Source: Promethearchaeia archaeon (lineage in GTDB: Archaea > Asgardarchaeota > Lokiarchaeia > Sigyniarchaeales > SOKP01). From it: a DNA stretch of 64,000 nt. The notes under the pieces are model-generated. The model made no database searches and had not been told where the DNA came from. It saw only the letters and a list, made by a program, of their open reading frames with translations. The translations under genes were made by a program, and so were the position numbers. Of the stretch, positions 28,565-38,575 are shown in pieces; within the stretch, counting starts at the first letter, position 1; every line of letters begins with the position of its first letter. Location of the stretch: positions 32,001 to 96,000 of the forward strand of contig JAHQWK010000001.1 in the NCBI GenBank assembly GCA_029856145.1. Reading direction: 5' to 3'.

Positions 28565-29716
28565 ATGATAAATGATATTGATATGGATCTTAATAGATTA
28601 TTAGCCGAAATTAATTCATGTATAGACTGTAAGGAGTGTAATGAAATATGTGACACTTACAGGGTTACTAATGATGAATTAAAATCCCCTAACGGAAGAT
28701 TAAAAATAGCTGAAAAAGTTTTTTCTAATATTCAGATTACAGAGGAACAACGCATAGGACTCTATACTTGTACATTATGTGGATTATGTGATTTAACTTG
28801 TCAACAAGAAATTCGAATATCAGAAATTATTCATTCATCAAAAGTTAGACTTGTGAAAGAAGATAAAGCACCATTAGAAATACACAATAAAATCATAAGA
28901 GGAATAATTGAAAAAGATAACTCCGTGGGTGGAAATCCAGAAGAGAGATTAAATTGGTTGCCTGAAAGTTATAAAACAAAAGAATTGTTTGAAAAAAAAG
29001 ACTCAGATACTCTATTATTTTTAGGTTGCATGTCTTCATTTCGAGTAACAGAAAGTGCTCTTGCTCCCTATGAAATTTTAAAACTTGCTGATTTTGACTT
29101 TAAAATTTTAGAAAGAGAACCATGTTGTGGAGAATATGTATATTCTGCTGGAAATCTTGACATAGCAAAGAAAATCTTTCAAGAAAACATTGAACTTTTT
29201 AAAACGTTAGGAGTAAAGAACTTAATAGTTACATGTGGGGGTTGTTTATATGCTTTTGATAAAATCTACAGAAAATATTTTAAAGACTTCAACATAAAAG
29301 TGAGACACATAATTGAGGTTATTTATGAGTTAGAAGAAATTAATAAAATCACACTAAAACCATTGAATAAACGAATTACTTATCATGATGCTTGTCGAAT
29401 TGGAAGAAAATATAAAAGTGGGCCTCTATATTCTGAACCTCGAAAGCTTTTAGATAAATGTGGTATAGAAGTTAAAGAATTATCCAAAAATCCAGAAGAA
29501 TGTCCTTGTTGTGGAGCGGGTTCGGGAATTAGGGGTGTTGATAGCAGTATTTGTATTAAAATAGGGAAAGAATTATTCAGCAATGTCGAATCTAAAGAAA
29601 TAGTTACATCATGTCCATTATGCGTATTTAATTTTAGATATGTTAATTATAAGAATCAAATGGATAAAGAAAGTAAATATATAACTGATTATATTTTAGA
29701 TTCAATGAAAAAATAA
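28565..29716 (+). CDS. Fe-S oxidoreductase (2x4Fe-4S + two CCG domains, HdrD/GlpC-like)
   Basis: CIDCKECNEIC, CTLCGLCDLTC, PCCG, YHDAC, CCGAG and SCPLC motifs. Confidence 0.9.
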   Translation: MINDIDMDLNRLLAEINSCIDCKECNEICDTYRVTNDELKSPNGRLKIAEKVFSNIQITEEQRIGLYTCTLCGLCDLTCQQEIRISEIIHSSKVRLVKEDKAPLEIHNKIIRGIIEKDNSVGGNPEERLNWLPESYKTKELFEKKDSDTLLFLGCMSSFRVTESALAPYEILKLADFDFKILEREPCCGEYVYSAGNLDIAKKIFQENIELFKTLGVKNLIVTCGGCLYAFDKIYRKYFKDFNIKVRHIIEVIYELEEINKITLKPLNKRITYHDACRIGRKYKSGPLYSEPRKLLDKCGIEVKELSKNPEECPCCGAGSGIRGVDSSICIKIGKELFSNVESKEIVTSCPLCVFNFRYVNYKNQMDKESKYITDYILDSMKK

Positions 29717-29722
29717 AAAAAA

Positions 29723-30523
29723 TTAACCTCTATAATCTAATATGATGACTGCGTCCACAAAAAGCTCATATTTCTCGTCTTCATCGAAATCATGAATAAC
29801 AACCTTTTCAACTTCATCTAACTCCCCTTTGATTTCATGAAGTTCTGATTGTTGCACGACTTTTACATCAGATTGTTTCAATTTTTTTGCGATTTCCACA
29901 GTCCCGGGGATCTCTTTTGCGGAAGTAACCACTATTACTCTCCCTGTATATTCAGTTAATTTGAGGGCTAATTCTAAAGAATCATCCCCTGTATCAACAA
30001 TCAAGGTTCTCTTCTCCCTTAGTTCTTCGAGATTAGGAACTTCTGTATAGACCCCTTTCCCCTTGAACTCATCAACACCGAGTATTACTCGCACATCCAG
30101 CTGACATGAAGTAACTATTTCTACTTCTGGGTTTGTTCCCTCACGATAGTTATTTATCGCAGCTTTTAATGCATCTGCGGCTAGATTTGAACAATGCATT
30201 TTGATTGGAGGTAAACCGTCTAATTCCTCCGCTACATTGCTTCGAGTAATTTTATAGGCATCTTCAAGAGTCATACCTTTAGCCATCTCAGTTACCATTG
30301 AAGAAGTCGATACTGCAGATCCACAACCAAAAGTTTTGAATTTAATATCATCTATGATATCTTCCCCTTTGTCATTTTTCCCTACTTTTATGAATATTTC
30401 CATTAAATCTCCACATACTGGATTTCCAACCTTCCCATATCCATCGGGATTCTCAATTGACCCTACATTTCGTGGATTCCGAAAATGGTCCATTACCTTA
30501 TCGGTATATTTATGTACACTCAT
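29723..30523 (-). CDS. iscU: IscU/NifU-type Fe-S scaffold with C-terminal degenerate TrxR NADPH-binding-like domain
   Basis: YTDKVMDHFRNPRN, GNPVCGD, FGCGSA and LPPIKMHCS, followed by a ~130-aa extension. Confidence 0.9.
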   Translation of the reverse strand: MSVHKYTDKVMDHFRNPRNVGSIENPDGYGKVGNPVCGDLMEIFIKVGKNDKGEDIIDDIKFKTFGCGSAVSTSSMVTEMAKGMTLEDAYKITRSNVAEELDGLPPIKMHCSNLAADALKAAINNYREGTNPEVEIVTSCQLDVRVILGVDEFKGKGVYTEVPNLEELREKRTLIVDTGDDSLELALKLTEYTGRVIVVTSAKEIPGTVEIAKKLKQSDVKVVQQSELHEIKGELDEVEKVVIHDFDEDEKYELFVDAVIILDYRG

Positions 30524-31714
30524 TTAATTTTCCTCCTCTTCTAATTTTTTTAATAAATCTGAAGGCGTTAGTGGTGATAAAATTCTTAATTTTCTTACTA
30601 TTCCCGGTAATACTTTTATAATTTTAACAATATCTTTTTCTTCTGTAAATCTCCCTAAAGTTAATAATAAACTCCCATGTGCTTCCTCATGTAATAAACC
30701 ACACGAGATAAGTGTATGGGATGGTTCAAGAGTCTTTGAAGAACAAGCAGAACCTGTTGCTACCTCCACTTTTTCATCCTTTAAGGAGAGAAGTAAAGAT
30801 TCACCTTCAATATAATCAAAACGGAAATTAGCATTATGTGGCGTCCTTTTCTCAGGATGCCCATTTAAATATGATTTAGGTACCTTTAAAACTTCCCTAA
30901 TTAATTTATCCTTAAGAATTTTTAATCTAGCAGCTTCTTCATTTATTTCCACCTTCATTATTTGAGCGGCTTTAGCAAATCCTATTATCCCAGGTATATT
31001 TTCAGATCCAGATCTTATACCTTTCTCTTGACCTCCTCCAATAATTACAGGATTCACTCGTACTCCTTTCTTAAGATATAAAGCACCTATACCCCTTGGA
31101 CCATAGATATCGTTCGAAGATAAAGTCAATAAATCAAAAGGAACTTTTTGTACATCAATAGGTATGGTACTTTCACTTGCTACAGCATCAGAATGAAACC
31201 ATATGTTTTTGTTTTGAGCAATTTCCGCAATTTCTTCTATAGGCTGAAGTGACCCAATTTCATTACTAGCTGTAGAAATCGAGATTAAAATTGTCTCATC
31301 AGTTATAAGTCGCTCTAATTTTCCGAGATTAATAATACCAAATCTGTCCACGGGAACCCTGCTCACTCTAAAGCCTTCTTTCTCTAAATATTTACCAATA
31401 TTTAATATCGAGATATGCTCAATCTCTGAGATGATAATATGATTTCCTTTTCTTCGATTTCGAAGAGCTGCACCGATTATTCCTAAATTATTTGATTCGG
31501 TAGCTCCAGAAGTAAAAATGATGTTATCTGGACTTGGAGCATTTATAAACTCAGCAACTTTAAGTCGACCGTCTTCTAAAGAATTAGTAGCCTTATATCC
31601 ATAATTATGTAATGAAGATGGATTTCCAAAATCTTGAGTGAAATATGGTTTCATAGCCTCAAATACACGAGGATCCACTGGTTTAGCTGCTTGGTAATCT
31701 AAATACGCACTCAT
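30524..31714 (-). CDS. iscS: Cysteine desulfurase (IscS/NifS family)
   Basis: YLDY, FGNPSS, FTSGATESNN, RSGSEN and GSACSS motifs; the usual PLP-lysine motif SxHK reads SSND. Confidence 0.88.
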   Translation of the reverse strand: MSAYLDYQAAKPVDPRVFEAMKPYFTQDFGNPSSLHNYGYKATNSLEDGRLKVAEFINAPSPDNIIFTSGATESNNLGIIGAALRNRRKGNHIIISEIEHISILNIGKYLEKEGFRVSRVPVDRFGIINLGKLERLITDETILISISTASNEIGSLQPIEEIAEIAQNKNIWFHSDAVASESTIPIDVQKVPFDLLTLSSNDIYGPRGIGALYLKKGVRVNPVIIGGGQEKGIRSGSENIPGIIGFAKAAQIMKVEINEEAARLKILKDKLIREVLKVPKSYLNGHPEKRTPHNANFRFDYIEGESLLLSLKDEKVEVATGSACSSKTLEPSHTLISCGLLHEEAHGSLLLTLGRFTEEKDIVKIIKVLPGIVRKLRILSPLTPSDLLKKLEEEEN

Positions 31715-31732
31715 CTTCTAATCCTCGAATCA

Positions 31733-31987
31733 TTATTTTAATTTTTTAAATACGAATATTAAATCATCGCCATCTTTATTAAACTCCACTACCTTAGTGT
31801 CGGTTCTCTTTGCCCATCTTTTAAGATCCTCTTCAGCAGCAGGGTCATCAGCAATAACTTTAAAATACTGTCCTACAGTAAGAGTTTCACTTAAATTCCT
31901 AACTTCAAACAATGGTTCTGGACAAAATAAACCACGAGTATCCAATTCTTCATCAATTATAGTTCCATCAATTTCCTCATGACTCAA
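31733..31987 (-). CDS. tusA: TusA-family sulfur carrier
   Basis: LDTRGLFCPEP and ADDPAAEEDL motifs. Confidence 0.92.
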   Translation of the reverse strand: MSHEEIDGTIIDEELDTRGLFCPEPLFEVRNLSETLTVGQYFKVIADDPAAEEDLKRWAKRTDTKVVEFNKDGDDLIFVFKKLK

Positions 31988-32211
31988 TTTAAAAACCTCT
32001 TTAAAAGGATTCTATTATAAAATATTTCTTGAGATATAAACGATTCAAAAAGAGTATAAATCTTCTGATTATAATTTAATATACTTTAATACTAACTAAG
32101 AAAATTCTATAAAATCCATAGAAAAAGATATTTATATTTTATAAATCTTTTAAACCTAGATATTAAAATAGGGAAAATTAAAGAAAAAAATTTCAAAAAA
32201 ACAGAAAATAT

Positions 32212-32847
32212 TCATTCAATTCCAGCTAATCTTTTAATATGTTTCACTCCATCAACTGCATCGTCGGCAAAATCATCAGCACCAAGTCTCTTTGCAAGTT
32301 CCATATTTAAAGGAGCCCCCCCTACGATCAGTTTAACATTATCACGAATTCCTGCTGTTTGTAAAGCTTCATGAACAACTTTTATATGTTCTACTGTCAT
32401 AGTTAATAATGTACTTAAAGCGATTATAGTAGCTCCTGTTTCCTTTACTTTTTCAATTATAGCTTTCTCATCAACATCCATCCCTAAGTCATATAGTTCA
32501 AACCCAGAACTTAAGAGAAGAGAACTTAATATATTTTTTCCTATATCATGGTTATCTCCCTTAACTGTAGCTAGAATTATTTTCACTTTATCTTCTGATT
32601 TATCTGAAGCAGCTAACACAGGCTTCAAAATATTAAAAGCTTCCTTCATTGTTTCTCCCGCTAGAACAAGTTCTGTTAGATAATATTCTTTTTCTTCATA
32701 AAGACGTCCGACCTCATCCATACCTTTTTTTAAGGAGTTTAATACATCAAAAGCATCCTTCCCTTCATCTAATGCTTCTTTCACTGCATCGGCAATATCG
32801 TCTACTTCCAATTCAATTACTAATTCAGTTAATTTTTCAAAATCCAC
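32212..32847 (-). CDS. Cobalamin-binding corrinoid protein (methyltransferase cognate)
   Basis: B12 cap domain plus DNHDIGKN, LSTLLT and VGGAP motifs. Confidence 0.93.
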   Translation of the reverse strand: MDFEKLTELVIELEVDDIADAVKEALDEGKDAFDVLNSLKKGMDEVGRLYEEKEYYLTELVLAGETMKEAFNILKPVLAASDKSEDKVKIILATVKGDNHDIGKNILSSLLLSSGFELYDLGMDVDEKAIIEKVKETGATIIALSTLLTMTVEHIKVVHEALQTAGIRDNVKLIVGGAPLNMELAKRLGADDFADDAVDGVKHIKRLAGIE

Positions 32848-32959
32848 AAAAATCTCCTTTCTTTACGAAATATAAATGGTAATTGATACTAAAGTAAATT
32901 AAATTTATCCTTTAAATCTTATTTTACTAAAAAAAGTAATTTAAAATTAATTTGTTTCA

Positions 32960-33135
32960 AAAATAAAAAGAAGAGAGAGAGGGAGATGAGAAAAAATCAA
33001 AATCTCAACAAGTATGTTTAAGATTTTGCAAAATTTAGTTTAGTTACCATTATAATCCACTTAGCAGAGAGCCATAGTGCTTAATTAGGAAATTAGGGGA
33101 TATTATTTGTATTTTCTCAATCTTCCCTCTATTTT
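32960..33135 (-). ncRNA. Candidate long-hairpin small RNA or leader element A
   Basis: Imperfect inverted repeat between 32978-33006 and 33099-33130; TTTAAATA ~23 nt upstream and a U-rich tract downstream on the minus strand. Confidence 0.35.
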
Positions 33136-33381
33136 ATAATTATGATACTTTACTATTTAAATTTAATTTAACAATAGCCTAAAAATCCAAAAATTATACA
33201 TTAAAAATGAATAAATTGACCATTCTAAGATTTATCATTAAAATATTGAAGAAATACAAATTCAATAAATTAATACCAATTTCCAAAATTTTTAATATTC
33301 ATATGAATTAATTTTCAGCTTATCAACACAAATAGCTAAATTTGACACTAAAAATTTAAATAAATAATAATTATAAACATT

Positions 33382-34179
33382 GTGCCAGAAATAGATAATT
33401 CCCTAGAGGATATTGAACAAGAAAATTCAGTAAAAGGGGATAAAACCACCTCAAAAGCTGATTTTTTGAAAGAAATAAGTTCAAAATATGCAATTATTTG
33501 TGAAGAGTTATTTAAAGATTATGAAATTGGTGATTTTATTGTTCGAGCTGTTGACAATGTATCATTATCAATTCATAATGGAGAATTTTTAGTTATTAAA
33601 GGTCCTAGTGGAGCAGGTAAGACATCATTATTAAATTTAATAGCTGGATTAGACTCCCCTAATAGTGGAATATTATATTCTTATGGTGTTAAAATTTCAG
33701 ATATGGAGGAAGAATCACTAACAACGTGGAGACTCTTAAATACAGGTTTTATATTTCAGAATTATAATCTTATTAGTACACTTACTGCTGAGGAAAACGT
33801 TATGTTTCCCATGAATCTTTCAGGTGTAGCTTTTAAGGAACAAAGAAAACGTGCAGAAGAACTATTAAGAAAAATGGGCCTTTTTGATCGAAGAGAACAT
33901 CTACCTTTTCAACTTTCTGCTGGAGAACAACAAAGGGTTGCAATAGCAAGAGCTTTAGCAAATGATCCTCCTATGATCTTAGCTGATGAACCAACAGCTA
34001 ATCTAGATAAGAAAACTAGTCAATTTATTAGAGATCTTTTTAAAGAGTTAAAAGATGACATTAGAACAATTTTAGTCGCCACGCATGATGATTATTTAAT
34101 AAACTTAGCCGATAGAATTCTTTCTTTTGATGATGGAAAAATTATAAATGAAGAAATAATAAGACAATTCGAAAAGTAG
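33382..34179 (+). CDS. ABC transporter ATP-binding protein (LolD/MacB-like)
   Basis: GPSGAGKT, LSAGEQQR and ILADEPT motifs. Confidence 0.95.
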   Translation: MPEIDNSLEDIEQENSVKGDKTTSKADFLKEISSKYAIICEELFKDYEIGDFIVRAVDNVSLSIHNGEFLVIKGPSGAGKTSLLNLIAGLDSPNSGILYSYGVKISDMEEESLTTWRLLNTGFIFQNYNLISTLTAEENVMFPMNLSGVAFKEQRKRAEELLRKMGLFDRREHLPFQLSAGEQQRVAIARALANDPPMILADEPTANLDKKTSQFIRDLFKELKDDIRTILVATHDDYLINLADRILSFDDGKIINEEIIRQFEK

Positions 34180-34194
34180 GAATTAAAAAACAAT

Positions 34195-36105
34195 ATGTCG
34201 TCATTTGATTTTGCGTTGAAAGACTTATATCGGAAAAGACAATCTAATTATCCATTTTTAATTATTATTATATTAATCGTCGCTTTTACTGAGTTTTTTA
34301 TATATTTTACATCATCAATAGGCTTGAATATCTTTATTCAACCTTCATTTCTAAATACATATTATTTCTCCGGTGGAATTAGTTTAACCTATAAACAGTT
34401 TAATAACCTAATTCAGATCTTATTGATTTCATTAACTGTTGGTATAGTAGTTGCTGTTAGTACTACATTAATTATTTCTAAAAAGAAAGATATTGCCATA
34501 ATGAAATCTTTAGGAACTCTCCCCCGGAAATTATATAGTTTTTATTTACTTGAAGTTTATATTTTATTTTTTATTGGTTTTTTATTAGGGTTAATTTTAG
34601 GACTAATAGTATTTGGAATATTTGCTTTAATTATGTTTTTTTTCAATTTTCCTATTCTAATTCAAATTGATTTTTTTTACACTCCATTTATTTTTTTTTC
34701 TTGTATAATAGGTATTTTTTTTGTGAGCGGTTATGCAATAAGGAAAATTGGGAAACAGAAAATAATCCAGACTTTCTCTAAAGATATTCCTTATAATTAT
34801 AATGCTGGAAAAAATTTAAAATATATTCCTAAATGGTTGACTTCAATTGGATTTAATATTAAAATTGCCGTTGTTAATACAATAAGAAAAAAAGGCGAAT
34901 TTCAACGGTATTTAATTCTATTTTCTATTATTGGAATATTGATATTTACATTAGGTTTAGGAACTATTGTATTAAACATTTCCTCTCGAGAGTGGATAAA
35001 TAAATCACAAAGTGAAAACATAGTGATTATAGGACATGAAGACGTTGTTTATAACTATTCTTTAATGTATAGGATGTTTTCTGATCCTACTCTTTTAATT
35101 GACGAAACGAATATAAATTTTACAGAGTCACAGTACTTCTTTAATTTAAGTGATATAAACACTTTAAATAGTGTTGAAGAAATTGAAGAAATTGATGAAA
35201 GAATAATTAGTTTTTATGATGTTAAAGAACTTACTGGAACTCATATAACTGAAGATGGTTCCTATATAACTGTTGGTAAGCATCGAGAAGGGAATATTCC
35301 TATCATTGGTGTGAATCCTAAGAATATAATTCAAAATTTTGAAATAGAAGGAAGATTTTTCACTGAGGAGGATGCTTTTTTTAATATGACTATTGGAGAT
35401 GGTTTAGCTCACAACTTTTTCGAATTTCCATTAGTTCAAGGATTAGAACTTACAGGGCTTGGTAAGACATTCCGTATCGCTGGAGTGATTATCGATAGTT
35501 TTTATTCTGGGTGGGGGGGATATATAAGTATTAATGAGTCGAGGAAAACATTAAACCTCGTGAATGATGAGGTCAATTTAATAATGTTAAAGCTAAGTCC
35601 TGGTGCATACCAAGGAATTAATGAAACTCTTGAAAATGTTACTAACACTATTGGAGAAAATTTTACCTATTTAAGATTAGATCAAGTATTCCGGGAAAAT
35701 TTAACTTTCGTAAGCTTCTTATCTATATACCCAATACTGTTAATTATAGTGATATCAACTATCGCAATTTTATCATTGTACAATTATCAAAAATCAGCAA
35801 TAATGGAGAAAGCTCAAGATTTTCTTATTATGCGTGCTATTGGTTCAAAAACTAGATCATTGAAAAAAATTCTTTTTATGGAGTCAATCTTTGTATTATT
35901 TCCATCTTTACTTTTAAGTTTAGGAATTGGAATGATGATAAGTTCTTTATTTTTATTTGAGCAAGTCTATTTACCTCCATTATACGTACCCTTTATCTTC
36001 TTCTTATTTTTATGTTTCCTATTTATGATTTTTAATTTCTTAAGCCTTTTTCCAATAATTAAGAAAATCAATAAATTTTCTATAAAGGATTTTAGCATGT
36101 ACTAA
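34195..36105 (+). CDS. FtsX/MacB-like ABC permease
   Basis: Two FtsX-type repeats (IAIMKSLG, LIMRAIG) and a large extracellular loop. Confidence 0.88.
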   Translation: MSSFDFALKDLYRKRQSNYPFLIIIILIVAFTEFFIYFTSSIGLNIFIQPSFLNTYYFSGGISLTYKQFNNLIQILLISLTVGIVVAVSTTLIISKKKDIAIMKSLGTLPRKLYSFYLLEVYILFFIGFLLGLILGLIVFGIFALIMFFFNFPILIQIDFFYTPFIFFSCIIGIFFVSGYAIRKIGKQKIIQTFSKDIPYNYNAGKNLKYIPKWLTSIGFNIKIAVVNTIRKKGEFQRYLILFSIIGILIFTLGLGTIVLNISSREWINKSQSENIVIIGHEDVVYNYSLMYRMFSDPTLLIDETNINFTESQYFFNLSDINTLNSVEEIEEIDERIISFYDVKELTGTHITEDGSYITVGKHREGNIPIIGVNPKNIIQNFEIEGRFFTEEDAFFNMTIGDGLAHNFFEFPLVQGLELTGLGKTFRIAGVIIDSFYSGWGGYISINESRKTLNLVNDEVNLIMLKLSPGAYQGINETLENVTNTIGENFTYLRLDQVFRENLTFVSFLSIYPILLIIVISTIAILSLYNYQKSAIMEKAQDFLIMRAIGSKTRSLKKILFMESIFVLFPSLLLSLGIGMMISSLFLFEQVYLPPLYVPFIFFLFLCFLFMIFNFLSLFPIIKKINKFSIKDFSMY

Positions 36106-36206
36106 ACATTTTTATTTTAGTAATAAGATAAGATGGATAGGGTATTGATAAGTTAAATTTTAATTTCTAAAATTGTATTATTCTAATATAAAGGTGATTC
36201 TTTTTA

Positions 36207-37523
36207 ATGTCTGAAGATGCGTTAAAAGCCCGTATCAATGATTTAGAGGCAGATCTTGATAAAAAAGATATAGAGAACCATAATCTACTTGATAGAATTG
36301 AAGAACTTGAAGACAATATTATGAGATTAGAGGCTCTAATTCCAGAAGAAGATATTAAAAAAAAAAGCAGGAAACAACAAACATCAGATTCAAAATTGGC
36401 CATTGAACTCGATGAAAAAGATAGACAAATTAGATTAGTAAAGGATAAAATGGGTTTTTTAAGAAAAGAGAAAGTACAACTTCAACAAGAATTAGATAGA
36501 ATAAAATCTCAACTGGGTGAATCTTCGGTTATTAGAGTTGAAGATTTGAGAAGTAAAGCCCCACTTAATATATTAGTAAAAGAACTCCAAGAAAAAGTCA
36601 ATAATCAACGCTCAATAATTAATAAATTAAGATTTCAAAATGCCGGTAGCAAAGATTTTCGTGATCAACTGAACCAAAAAGAAGAAGAGATTGAAATTAT
36701 AAAATCAGAAAACTTAGATTTAAAACAAAAATTAAAAGAGTATAGCAATGCATATAGTGATAAAAGCAATGATTCAATAACAAAAGAATTAATAGAAGAT
36801 CTTCAGAACCAATTAACCAAATCTAAAAGACAGATAGCAGAATTAAAGCAAAGAATTGAAAAATCAGATAAAAAAAGTAAAAAACATGAAAAAGAAATTA
36901 TAAAAGTAAAAGAATTTAAAAAGGAGATCAATGAACAAAATAATCTACTAAAAGCGAAGGATAATGAAATTAAAGAATTAAAGAAAGAAATTATTTCTTT
37001 ACAAAAAGCTGAAATTGCAGCAAATTTTGAGCAAGATGACGTATCTTCAAGTGAAATGATGAGCACATTAAAAGAAGATCTCCAAAATAAACTAAATAAA
37101 GCTAAAGTACGAATAAAATCACTTCAAGCTGAACTCAAGAAATATCAAAGAGGAAAACCTGCAGAATCAGCAGGACCTCAAAAGGAGTTAGAAGGAAAAC
37201 TCAAAATGCAAAGAGAGATGGCCATCTTTCTTCAAAAACAACTTGAAACAAAGGAAGAAGAAATTGAAACAATTAAAAATGAGGCTGTACAAATAAAAAG
37301 AAAATACAGACAATTAGAGAATCAATTGAGTTTAAAAGATGAAAAATTTAATGATTTACAACGCCAATTGGATAGCCTAAATATTCAAACTCAAGTTCAA
37401 CCTATAAGAGAAGATCCTGACTTAGATTTGAGAGTCAGAGAACTTAAAAATAGAGTTGAAAACTTACAAAAACAGAATAATGAACAAAAAGTAGAGATTT
37501 CTCAGTTACGAAAAAAGATTTGA
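36207..37523 (+). CDS. Long coiled-coil protein
   Basis: Heptad-like E/K/Q/L-rich composition along the whole length; AGGTGA SD. Confidence 0.8.
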   Translation: MSEDALKARINDLEADLDKKDIENHNLLDRIEELEDNIMRLEALIPEEDIKKKSRKQQTSDSKLAIELDEKDRQIRLVKDKMGFLRKEKVQLQQELDRIKSQLGESSVIRVEDLRSKAPLNILVKELQEKVNNQRSIINKLRFQNAGSKDFRDQLNQKEEEIEIIKSENLDLKQKLKEYSNAYSDKSNDSITKELIEDLQNQLTKSKRQIAELKQRIEKSDKKSKKHEKEIIKVKEFKKEINEQNNLLKAKDNEIKELKKEIISLQKAEIAANFEQDDVSSSEMMSTLKEDLQNKLNKAKVRIKSLQAELKKYQRGKPAESAGPQKELEGKLKMQREMAIFLQKQLETKEEEIETIKNEAVQIKRKYRQLENQLSLKDEKFNDLQRQLDSLNIQTQVQPIREDPDLDLRVRELKNRVENLQKQNNEQKVEISQLRKKI

Positions 37524-37533
37524 ACTTATTAAA

Positions 37534-38514
37534 ATGGAACTTATTATTTTAGGTAGCGCAGCTGCGACTCCTATAGAAAATCGAAATCTACCCTCTATAG
37601 CATTAAGATACAAAAATCAAATTCTCTTATTTGACTGTGGAGAAGATTTCCAACGTAGGTTTGCCAAGGCAGGCTTAAAATTTAATAAACCAATGAAAAT
37701 ATTTATTACTCATTTTCATGGAGACCATATCCTAGGCCTCCCTCCATTCCTATTTCGTTTAAGTTTAAATGACAGAACTGCACCAATGATGATCTTTGGT
37801 CCTCGAAATCTTTTTCTTTATTTATACATCCATAGAAAAATTCTCGGTTTGAAAGCCAAATATCCTATTAAGATTGTAGAAATTGATCATAAAAATCAAA
37901 AATTAATAGAGTTTGAGGGATTAGATTCTGAAATACCAAAGAGGACAATCAAGATAAATGGTAATTTGATATTTGAAACTAATTATTTTTCAATAAAATA
38001 TGCTTTGGTAGAACATTCTGTAATTACTTTCGCATATGCATTCATTGAAAAACCACGATATGGTAAATTCGTTCCTGAACGTGCCAGAAACCTAGGTATC
38101 CCTGAGAGTAACCTTTGGAAAAAGTTACAAGAAGGACAAATCATTGAATTCAATGGAAAGCTGATTGATCCGGTTAAGGAAGGAATTGTTGGTCCTGAGA
38201 GGCCAGGAAGAAAAATAACTTACTCTGGAGACTTGAAACCTTGTAAATCTTTAATAGATTTAGGAAGGGATTCAGATCTTTTGATTCATGAAGCAACATT
38301 TGCAAAAGCTTTAGCAGAAACTGCTGAAGATAAAAAACATTCTACATCTATAGATGCTGCAAATGACGCAAAAAAAATGGGTGCTAAGCAACTTATCTTA
38401 ACCCATATCTCAGCAAGATACCAATCTGATGCCTTAATTTTACTGGAAGAAGCTAAAGAGATTTTTCCAAATACAATATTAGCAGAAGATTTGCTTAAAA
38501 TTGAATTAAAATAA
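37534..38514 (+). CDS. rnz: Ribonuclease Z
   Basis: FDCGE, THFHGDH, exosite, HEAT, HST and THISARY motifs. Confidence 0.95.
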   Translation: MELIILGSAAATPIENRNLPSIALRYKNQILLFDCGEDFQRRFAKAGLKFNKPMKIFITHFHGDHILGLPPFLFRLSLNDRTAPMMIFGPRNLFLYLYIHRKILGLKAKYPIKIVEIDHKNQKLIEFEGLDSEIPKRTIKINGNLIFETNYFSIKYALVEHSVITFAYAFIEKPRYGKFVPERARNLGIPESNLWKKLQEGQIIEFNGKLIDPVKEGIVGPERPGRKITYSGDLKPCKSLIDLGRDSDLLIHEATFAKALAETAEDKKHSTSIDAANDAKKMGAKQLILTHISARYQSDALILLEEAKEIFPNTILAEDLLKIELK

Positions 38515-38575
38515 ATTATCTTCTAAATTTAATTCGTTAAAAAGAGAAAAATCAAATAAAAATCTTGATTTTGAG

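Noticed and set aside
32850-33135. Cobalamin riboswitch upstream of the corrinoid gene (also considered at 56770-56850 before chlD-cobN)
   Set aside because: No B12-box or other conserved cobalamin riboswitch core is recognisable in either region.
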